A stretch of DNA of 64,000 nt, taken from Antedon mediterranea. Its lineage: Eukaryota > Animalia > Echinodermata. The notes beneath the pieces were generated by a model, which worked only from the letters and a program-made list of their open reading frames with translations, was not told the DNA's origin and made no database searches. The DNA lies in the NCBI RefSeq assembly GCF_964355755.1, contig NC_092671.1, positions 10,106,001-10,170,000 on the forward strand. The letters run 5' to 3'. Both the position numbers and the translations under genes were made by a program. Each line of letters opens with the position of its first letter. Within the stretch, counting starts at the first letter, position 1. Below, in pieces: positions 28,301 through 40,300 of the stretch.

Positions 28301-31300
28301 AATTAGCCTATTTACGTGATATAAATCTCATCTATAATACAGTGACATAAATAAACCAAGTTAGATCAAGCAGTTAAGAAATTATAACACACACCAAAGA
28401 AATCAATCACATTCAATTTAGGTATTCATTCATATTCAGAAATTACAATAACATCATGAGGAATTGGATAAGTTTTTAAAATGATTGTTAATAATGTTTA
28501 AAGTAGGCTAGTTGAAAAATAAAGGTATGATAAATTACTCTCTCATTACATGGGGAAAAAACACAAACCTGAAACTTCAAGTGAACTTTCATTATTCAAA
28601 ATTCTTAACAACATTTTATTTGCTTAGTCTCAGTAGAACAAAATGCCATAAAAGTTAATGACTTAGGGTTATAAACAAAAGAGTTATTATTGAGTCAATA
28701 CAATAAAATATAAGGGTACATATGACTGTTCAAGGAAAAAATCAGATAAAGTTAGCACAAGTTCTACATATGTTTTTTTTGGACACAAATTTCATATACA
28801 CTACAATGAATACGAACAACTAAAATCAAAAAGCCCACTGGAGAAATAATAAACAATGTAAAAAGAAATAAAAGGCATGATAAATCCTGATCTACATGGC
28901 TTCACCTTTCAATTCAACCTAAAAATGATCTCTCTTTCGTAGGACTATCTAAATAATATTTATACTATCATGATTACGGTAATCTAATTATATAACCAAA
29001 AAAAAAAAACTTCTATGATGCTTTAAACAACATTGAAACTATACCTTTTTTGGTCTTCTCAACGGCAAGCATTTGTGAAACATGGTCCACATAACAACAA
29101 GAACACAATGGCCACTAACATTGCCCAGATTTCAACATTATGTCAAATAATAAATCTTGAGAAATTAAAACTTTCACCGACTTGCTTTTGGTTTATAAAC
29201 TTAGCCACAATGTCGGAGATTTTTCCTGAAATATGTTTCAATGATGGACTTATCAGGTACCTTGAATGGTACTAATTCACTTCAAACTGTTTTTAGTTTT
29301 GAACAAAAAGAAAATCACTGAAGCAAGGGAAAATTATGTTTAGAAGTAATTCTAAAGGCAAAAAACAACAAAGATCATTGTAACAAAGGGATTCATAGAG
29401 CATAATATAAGAAGATGAGCAGGCATTAAAATAACAACAGTGTAAAAACCTGAAGGTGGCATGTATAAAACTTTAACCCTAGTGTATGGAATAATTATTG
29501 AATTTTATGTTACACAAAGCTAAACAAGTATTTATTATTGAATAGAGTAAACCAACCATTTGGCATGTTTTAGTTTAAAACGTAACATTTTCAATAAACT
29601 TTATAAAAATGATTGACAGAGGTTTAGCCAATTTGTGAATAACACATTGAAGACAAAGCTTATTTGCACCAGAGGAATGTTAAATATTAATGTAATATAT
29701 CTAAATATAGATATGAAATAAAACAAAAATATCATAAACAAATACTCCTACAATTTCAGTTATTGGACCTTAATCTATTTTGAACAAACTTTTTTAATGT
29801 CTCCTTATTGATTTTTTTTTTCTTTAAATTTGGTCATCTTGTTAATTCAGTGGCCATGCTTACTAATCCCCACAAATATGTTAATTATCCTTCAGCTTTT
29901 AGAAAATGTAACAAGAAATAAACAAAAGGGAGAAGTTAAAATTGATACGATGGGAAATCAATGAGTTAATTTGAGCGCTAATGGGATCATTTTAACAAGG
30001 AAAAATGCAAACTCTATGTAACAAACAACTTAATCTCTCGCTAATCAACTAAAGCCCTTAATCCTACATGATTAAGTCCTTTAAACTTAACACAAGATAA
30101 ATAAAACAAATTTGAACAAATTGTCATTCTCATCATTGATAATTGTAAACATGGTTGACCTTATAATGATCTTTTCTTTTTTACAAGAGACAGTATGATT
30201 TATAGTTTTTTTAGAAAGCATATGTTTCATCAAGGAAGTTTTGGCATTTCTTTGGCACTTTCCATTTTTTTCTGTTGTTGATTTATGTGATTGTGTAGCT
30301 GAAACTTTGCTTATGGTATCATTCTATTCCATAAGGATTCAATTTGTAAGCAAAAGTTCAAAACTGCAAGTTCAAAATTCAATTTGTGAAAATATATCAA
30401 AATAATAATAAAAGTTGTTCATGAAGAACCAGTCAAATAGGAATCTTTTATATTTTAAGTATAATAAACCAATTCTGTAGCTGAAACTCTGCTTATGGTA
30501 TCATTTTATTCCATAAGGATTCAAATTGTAAGCAAAAGTTCAAAACTGCAAGTTCAAAATTCAATTTGTGAAAATATATCAAAATAATTGTTCATGAAGA
30601 AATCGTCAAATAGGAATCTTTTTACATTTTAAGTATAATAAACCTTGCATTGTATAGAGTATACTTTGTGGGGAAAACCTGTATGGAGGGGAAAACCTGT
30701 ATGGAGGGGAAAACCCTATAAATAAAGGGACACTTTGTTGGGTCCCAAAGGTGTCATCTTCCCCTTAAAATATATCAATGGTAACATTTTAAAAATGAAT
30801 GCATAATTTATAAAATCAAGTACAGTACTATGAGAATTATTGAAATGTGTTTACATATCTCATTTTAATTGATTTTATGCTCCATCTAACTTCTTTTGTT
30901 TTTCATATAATACAGTCTTTTCACCTGACCAGCCAATGATCATCACCAGGTAGATGTGTGACACTACCTTAACAACTTACCTGGAGATAACCTTGATCAA
31001 ACTAATATTGAGGGCAGTATTGAGATTATAGAATTTCATAGAAATATATAACTGGACAATTTAATAGTAACCATGAATATCTATATTGATTTGTTATTAA
31101 TAATGGTGATAATTTGTACTTATAATGTGTTATATTGGAGACAAAAAATATATAAAAATTTGTTTTTGTCAAAAGGCAAATTACTGGAAAAAAGACAATG
31201 ATGTGGGTATCAAGTATATATATATATATATGTTTTACATTTCACCTGAAGAATGCGGCCAGCTACATGCTGGTCGTACGAAACAAATTTGTAGTGATTA

Positions 31301-34300
31301 AAACCATGAAGTAACCAAGTTTTCTGCTGTTATTTTATTTATTTATTTATATATATATATATAAACCAATCAGGCAAAGAACATTATATATATATATATG
31401 TTTTTTATTATTAATGTTTCTTGGATTTACCTCTATTTCTTGGAGTGTGCCACTGTAATAAAGGTGTAGTAGTAGCAACAACAAAAAAACAAACTTATTA
31501 TTTTTAATTATTTTGAATACCGGTAGATATTTTTAACTAACTTTTCAGAAAATCGTTACTGCATCCAATCAAAGCAAACAAATGTCTGAATATAATTGAT
31601 GAAAATGATATAACATACATTTCTTATTTTAAAAATCATCTAAATAATATACGTCACCATTTAGATAATGTACGATTTACAGTAAATTGATTTAGTATTT
31701 TTTCAGATTGGGAGAAAATATTCATACAATTTTGTAATCAAAAATGTATACAACAGTTAAATATTGAAACTGTAATTGTACTTACCACAAAATTTCAACA
31801 TTGTTGTGATTTTACTTGTACAGTGGTTCATTAAACACATTCCAAATGTCTTCAACATCAAACAACTCTCAAAATACTACCATTTTCATGTTTCATAATC
31901 AAGAAACACTGTGAACTTTCAAAATAAATCCATCAACTAAACCACTCTATAGTTATTCCATGTTCAAAAGTCATCGGAACAAAGCCATGAAACTGGTCAA
32001 CATCATTATACTTGGTTTGTAAAGTTTTGGACACAATTTTTGCGATACCATCAGATGAAGTTGAAGGACAATAGTTAATGAGCGAGATGCTACAGAATCT
32101 TCAAAAGCATGAACAAGCAGGCGGCTCTTTCAATTACCGTCTATCGCTGATGCGTATTAAACATCAAAGAGCATGAGAAAATACAGTCACCTCTCATGGG
32201 TTTAAAAAAATCAGTTGAGAATATTATAATGAACTAACACAGAGATAATAGTTTTTAAATTGAGAAGGTTACCTTTTGGTAGTATGGTTTTTGTTGTTGC
32301 TCGTCCACAATAGAATTCTATTCAAAGGTATACGCAATTATTTAAAATTAGTTTTTAAAATTATCATGGGAATCACCTTGTATTCATACACATTTTCTGT
32401 AAAAACTGGATACAAGATAAAAGTTAATATTTTAAAAATATGTATCCTAATCTTCAGGCAAGTTAGTCAAGATTATCAAAGTAAACCTCTGACGATCAAA
32501 TCCCTGCTTCAACAGTGAAGGAATGCATTCATCAAACCATATCAAACTGGATGGTTTACATTTTTCCAATCCTACTTAAACAAATGACCAAGTCTCTTCC
32601 TCAGATGAAAGAAATATTCAGAAAAAAAATACACACAGAACATTAATAATCACAAGAAATACATTTATCTGCTCTCATAAATAATCGCACACACCTAGAC
32701 CAGTAGCTGTGTAAATGTCAAATGACTGAATAGCCTGTTTCCATTGATCTCCATCTGCCCAATCAGGCTGGGATTAGTTACGCATGAGTGAGTACTCTCC
32801 AGATGTCACGAATACATGAGATAGCCTAGGGGGATGGGATCATTCCTAATCTGCGAGCTTACTTAAACATGGGGTGACTCTACAAAATAGACTTGTTGAG
32901 TCAATGTGTAACAATTAAGCTTTGTTAAGATGAATGGTATATGAATAATAAGTAGAGTAAAAAATTGGAAGAAATCAGCTGTAGGCCTACTAAACGATTA
33001 AATAATTTCAGCTGTCTATGGCCATGGAGTTTATTGCTACATATGACCAGGCTTATTGGAACAAAAAGCTGTACCATAGTGATCCATAATTATCCATAAT
33101 GGCTTTCTTTAACAATAAATGTCATCAATTTTTTTTTATTTTTAGTTTTTTCAATAAAATCTTCTAGGTCTGTTTCTGCTGAAAAAATCAAAATAATCGA
33201 TTTGTTTCAGTCACCGCAAACCACAAAAATAATCACGTTGCAATTGAAAAATGCTACGACTTTAATCGGTTATTCAGGTAATCGGTTTTTAAAATCACGT
33301 CATCATTCCCCCACAGCGCAGTTCAAGTTATGAAAGGCCGATGAGAGTTGGTTTGTTTACATCCTATTGCTGACTAAAACTCTCACATGTAGGATTAAAA
33401 ATTACTCTTACTTAAAGTTATATTATTTGTAAAATAAACATCTAGGCCTACTACCATACCACATAAAACAGAATAATGATGTTATATTAATAAGGACACG
33501 TCGGCAAGAAAAGTTTGTTTCGCCGTTCGTTGGTTCTATCTTTGGCCTGCTAGGCCTATAAATAGGCTATATATTTCTACCGAAACAAGTCAACAGACAA
33601 CAGGTCTAAAAAAGGACATGTAAAACATCGTTAGCCTGGACTGGTGGGATGTAACAGTGCACTTGTAACACCTGGAGTCTCTCGGTATAATTCTCCCCCA
33701 CAAAATAATAAAAATCAAATGTTTAACATTTGATTGTTATTCGGTCTACATCGTGATCATTGTTTTGCTGATCGTCGTCGATATCGTGCAAATAAACAGC
33801 ATGCTTTGTGACGTGAATGAGTTTGCCATACTCTAGAGGTCAAAGTGGGGTCAATAATCGCTATTTGTGTTGCAGCTCAAAACTGCTCCGCAATAATCGG
33901 TTAAAACAAGAAATATTCGATTAAAACACGCAATGGATTGAGTGTTTTTAATCGGTTATTTTTAATCGGTTATTTTATTTTGCGCCGTTTCTGCTGCCCA
34001 AAAATAATCGATTAAAAAAATAAACGGTTAATAATCGATTATTTCTGGTCAGCAGAAACAGGCCGATTTATGTTGAAACCTAATATAAGTAACAAGAGAT
34101 GGTAAATAGACCAACCTTGTAACACTTTCTAGTAAGGGTATGAATAAATCTACTATTAAAATCAATTATGAAATACAAAAACGTCAAAACCTGTTGCTAT
34201 TTTAGTTTTAAACTCACTGTTCTTCAATTTCTGTTTGAGCTATATGTATTATCATGGAGGTATACCTCCATGGTATTCTATTATGAACCACACTGACTGT

Positions 34301-37300
34301 AGGACATGGTAGAGTTGATTCCATTTAATTTTCAACTTATTTTTTCCGAAAATTTTAAATTAATTTGTTACTATGTAAAAATGTATGTGCATTATATAGC
34401 ATTTTCAAAAGCCAAGTTAGAACAAATAATACCAAACAAATTCCATAATTGCTACAATAATTTTAGCTACACATTGATATTCAATATTGTCATTGACAAA
34501 GAAATGAACATGTAGAGTCAATATAATTATATAAAACATCAATGAATAAAGTCAATATTTACCACTTGTCTTCCCACGGAATTTAACCTTACTTACACAT
34601 CAACCGTAAATAAATTATTCAGAAATATATATATGTATAAATACAGTAAGGCCCAGTGGTCTAATGGTTAGGATACCTGCATATCAAGCAAAAGGTTCCG
34701 AGTTCGAATCTTGGTTGGGGCGACATTTTTTCATTCTCACCGATTTTCTTATCTTTATCGTTTCAAATTAACTAATTAAATTTCAGTATATCACCGGGTG
34801 ATTAAGAATATATTTTGTGCCTGATGATATATATGCATAAAGCTATATATGTGTTTCTCCAAATCTAAAATATCTACTGTTTTTTTATATTTTTTTCTAA
34901 ATTTATATTTAGAATGCTAAACTGAGACTGAGAGAAAAATATGCATTTTGAAAAACAATGCCTTTCTGTTAAAGATTTGAGATGAGAATTATGTAGAGTT
35001 TGATTACAGAAAATGCTATTACAACACTAGTCAGTAAGATTATGTTGCGATACATAACAAGGAGCCATTGAGGGAGCCAGACATATTGACGGTAAACATA
35101 CCAAATGATGTCATAAACTCTCTGTTGTTTTTCAGCTCAGACTTAGATTTCTATAAAGGGTCTGAGATTAAGTTTCTAACCATTAATCTCAATCAAAGTT
35201 TCACTCAAAACTATTATTACTGTGCGGTTGGTAAATTACGAGGTAAAAATGAATTTAATATAATTTTTTCATTTCTAATATTAATTATGCAATACTTTAT
35301 CAATAAAATAAATTTAAAAAAAACCATATTGTAGATTTAAATAAGATCAGAATTCATTTTCTAAAAATAGAAAAAATATGGTTTTTGATAATAATATAAC
35401 AATAATCATGTTCTGTATTTCCACATCTGTTTATCTTGCCTTCAACAATATTTACAAATACAATATCATCAACGTAGCAGGGAGCTGTTCTCATAAAATG
35501 TAACACGTTGAGTTAATTTATTGTCAATCTAAATTAAATACTAATTGTTCTAATTACACACAAATTATCATTTAAATAAATCTATTCTGTATCTATTTCT
35601 CTACATGTTTATTTTACCTCCAAAAATATTTTCATTTGCAAGAAATATGATTTGTAAATCAGTGATGCGCACACAGGTGTAATGAGATGGTTGTGTCAAT
35701 CACGGATTTGTTATCTTAGTTATTATGCTTGAATGGTTGCAAAAAGGAAACAGAATTTGTCCTCAAAACAGTTACAATAAATCAAGCATAAATAAATAAT
35801 TAAAAATATGAAACAAAAATAATTGAAAAATGAATTGCATTTAATGAATTTGTATATTCTCATCAAATCATGGTTCTTACATGAATAATTTATCTTCTAT
35901 TAATTTCATAAACTTATAACCAATCTATCAATTACTCTTTAAATAAAAGACTACAGCTTAGTATATCCAAGGAGCAAACATGGTTGGGGAGATCGGACTT
36001 TCAGTGTTGCTGGACCTAGGCTCTGGAACCACCTACCCTTGAACATTAAACACACATCATTATTGAGTCACTTTAAGTCACTACTCAAAACTCACCTTTT
36101 CTGATTTTTTTTTTTTACAGCGCCATGAGCAATGAATGTTGGAATGGTGCTATATAAATCGAACGATTGATTGATTGATTGATATTAACTTTTTTTTTAC
36201 TACGCAAATGTATCCAAAAACTATACAAAAATTAAGAAAAAAAATTATTCGTTTAGCAAAATGCAGAGTAACAGAGGGTGTGCTATTTAATATTTCAGCT
36301 ACTACTGTATTGAAGATGCAGGTATATTCAAGATTTTTTATATTCACTAAGCTTTTGTGACGTAATTAGAAATTTTGCAATAACACGAAAGACAAAAAAA
36401 TGCCTGAAGAAAACAGAAAATATCCTTGATCAATATTAATAATAATATTCAACAATTTCAACAGATTTACTGTCAACACAAAAAATGTTATCAATAACTT
36501 GAAATATTATGATGCAACTGCCATGGCTATTGCATAGAATAGCAGCACCAAGCCTAGCATTTAACACAACCATCGATATTACAATTTGAATGAAATTTAA
36601 TTTACTTACAATTTGATAAAGCTTCAACACTCTCCCTAAACCTTCTAAGAAACTGTAAAAATAATATTAATATAGTGTTCTTCTCTTCTTCCAGTCAAAT
36701 TGTTTGCGTATTTTTATTAGTTACACAACTACCTGAGGCAGCACGTACATAGACTATTTCCTCACATTAGGTTTATAGCTTCAGGATGGCTTTTCACACC
36801 ACATCGTTTATTTTTCTAGTTGTCACCCTTTCTGATAGGGTTAATCTCACTCAGATCTGTGTACAGTTTGCATCTATAGTTCAACCTTTCTATTTGCTAT
36901 TGTAGTCAATGCAATATACAACTATTGATCTGAGTCTACTGGAATTGTAATGGTAAAATCAAGTACTGTAGATGTAAATGTATTTCTGTTGCACCTTAAA
37001 CAATGAAAAAACATTGCGTACACGAGGTATTGCAAATTAAAACTACATGCTTCTCTTTTACGTAAAATGTCCTTATGTACAGTCAGTGGTTGCATGGACT
37101 AATTTGAGATTATGATATACAATATCTAAAGTATTTCTTCATTCAAGATTTTTAGTCATTTTGATTGAAATTTGTAAAAATTTAACATCACCATTAGGTC
37201 TAATGGTATAGTTTACAATTCATTACAAGACATATAAATGTTACGTCTACTTAAACTAAATCAAAACCGTCACTGACAACTCAATCCTCACCTCGATTCT

Positions 37301-40300
37301 AACGGAAAAGTAAAATAAATGTACAAACACCAATAGTTAGGACATTTTTAACATAAAAAAATGGTATTATTAAATTTTGTTCTGACTACTAAAAACATGA
37401 AAATATAGATATCATATGTGATACAATACTAAATATTTTTAATAGCACCTGATGATATTGGATGTATCGTGACAATCAAGTCAATAAAAAAAAAAATCTT
37501 AGAATTTATAGGAGTTGAACTTATCACCCAATTGTATAAAGCAAGAACGCTATTGCCTAACAAATCAACTGATTTGACGCCAACCTTTCATTTTCATTCT
37601 CAGTTCTTTAGTCTGTAAGCACTCACTTTATGAATCAAGCTGCATAATTACCATAATAAATTTTGTATCATTTGATAAATTTTTATTCCTTATTTATTAT
37701 CGTAGTCTATTTGCACGCTTTTTATTCACATGTTTTATTTTTTATATCTTTTATGGAAAAAGAGAAGGAAATGAATTCTGTATCTTTTGATAAATATCAA
37801 AGGATTAGCATCAAAAATATGTTTGTAATCCTTTATATTAAAAATAGAAACTGACTGCTAATGTATTTTGAGCAATCACAGACCTATTCACGGTCAATCA
37901 AAGTGTAAAATGCATTGATTGAGGCGTCACTAATAACAATTCAAACCAAACAGATTTTCCGCGCTGTTTACTTTGAAAGGGCTCTTGCTAATAAACGTGA
38001 AACTGAACCGTTGTATTCAGGTTCAACTTCTTTGTGACTGTAAACCACGCAAACAAAAGCATGGGGATGGGAAAAGTGGAGCGCGTTTGACTCCCAGAGA
38101 ACTGAATTTATCAGACAGGTGACGAACCAGTGGTAGTGCCTATGAGAACCACGGAAAAACATGGATATTGACACCCTCATCAAATGTCCCATAACTCCCT
38201 GATCAATATTACAGTTATTACTACTGTACTGATACAGGTGTACTGTAGCTCAGATATTAGCCCACTCTCATGAATATACTTCTCTCAGATTTAAGCCCAC
38301 TATCATACTTTAACCAGAGTATCTAGAACAATTAATTTTTAACAAAATAATGAATTGTTGGCTTAATGAAATGGTCATTATAAATTATTAACGATGAATA
38401 TCACTATTTGAAATTCTAGAGGGTGCTACACAGTTTTTGTAAACATTATAAATAATACACAATAGAGCTTAGTAACATCAAAGTAAAACAATTTTAATAA
38501 TTATTTTTTAATTTAGATTAATAAGACCTAAAAAAGTTTACTTTATAAACAAATACAAAATATTCAGTCTTTGTTTATTTACCAATAACAATTGATTACA
38601 TAACTTTGCAATTAGTAATTAATCCTAGATTATTATTCATTGATATTAATCTTCATAAAAAATCAATTTTAACAAAAGTAATAGAATTCAAAAGCTGTAA
38701 AATGTAACATATGTGTTATCCCACTATCATCACACATTGTAACAATTTTATCTTTGTGTTATGTGCTCTTTTCATAGTTGAGAGAGAAGTGCTATTAACA
38801 AAATCTATTGTTAAAGCCTTGATCTATCCTTTATAATCTCTGTATTGGAGTTGTAAGTTAACTGTTAATTTATTGATGATTTAATCCAACCGCTTGATCT
38901 GTACAATAGTACATGGAAGACAAACATGTATGCACTGTGATAACAATATCTAACTTTCAATAGACGGACATCGTCAACCAGCCAAGAAATTGATTACTTA
39001 GAAATGTTTCCACGTTAATACTATTTACATGTATAAGATACTTGGAATAGGATTTTGTTGATCAAACAAATAGAGGGCGTGATATAATATTTCATTTCAT
39101 CATCAATATCAATTTTTCTAAAAATATATAGACATTGTCTATTGTTATACAACTATTTGCACCAAAAAATAAAAATATCAGGATTGCAACTCGAAAATTA
39201 AATTTTAAAAAAAATAAAATTATACTTTTTTTTCTCCTCCCAAAAATAAACGCTTCTGTTATACATTGTTGGAGATATAAACAACAAAAATAACCCAACT
39301 TAAAAACTGAACTGGTAGCTATAATAAAACAAAACTTTTTATAGACAAAAACCTAAAGTATGAGGCAAAATTAAGAGGTGGGGTTGAATTAGGAGGTGGG
39401 TAGAATTAGGAGGTGGGGTAGAATTAAGAGGTGGGGTTGAGCCAAGAGATTGGTAATCAAAGAAAGATGGTACATTATTAATGAGTTCTTAATTCAACTT
39501 TGGTGTTAAGACAATTTAATGAATTGTCTGTCCTTCAGTGTATTTGGATACAATAGTTATTCAATTAAATTGCGATCAGATAGTAGTGAACAAAATAAAG
39601 TAACTGACCCTAGGCATTATTAAGTATAAGGGTATACTGTACTTCAGTTTAAAAACACTAAACAAGTACACTTGTGTAGAATCAATATGATACTTATTTA
39701 TCTCTATTTCCATTGCATACTCTCAGAATATGAATTTTTTTATTTGTTAAAGATGTTATTCTATTTTTTATTTAGAGAGGCGTAGGTGTGAATTTACAGT
39801 ACAGTACAGTATAAAATACTACACAATATACAAATAGACACTGATATACATTTTGATCAGTGATTAGTGAATTTTTATTATAAGACCTTAAAAATGGAAG
39901 TCATTCTGTAAATAGTGCTGAAATATTTCAGATTATATGTTTTAACCAGTGTCCCCTAGGTCTAAATTATGAAAAGATGTTTAATATTATTTGAAAAGTC
40001 ATTCTGTAAATATGGCTAAAATATTCCTGCCCACTGTCCCCGAGGTCCTGCATTCTTCACAGGTATATCTTATTGTGAATGCCCAGTGAAACTGAACACC
40101 TCCGCAAATAAACTTCACTTTTCTTACATTGTTGACACTCTGGTAGCTTGGAAATCTTTACCTGAGGTCCACTAACTGCAAACAGATGAATGTGTGAACA
40201 AACCAAAACGCGAGAGTTTTATTGCAATAAATAATCAGATTTTGAATATTCTAAAAATTATAAAACTTAAATTAGTTTTCAGATTAACTTCTTAATGTAT

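Noticed and set aside
34650-34722. Functional tRNA-Asp(ATC) gene
   Set aside because: Two mismatches in the anticodon stem, a G-G pair in the acceptor stem, a non-canonical anticodon loop, and an attached repeat body.
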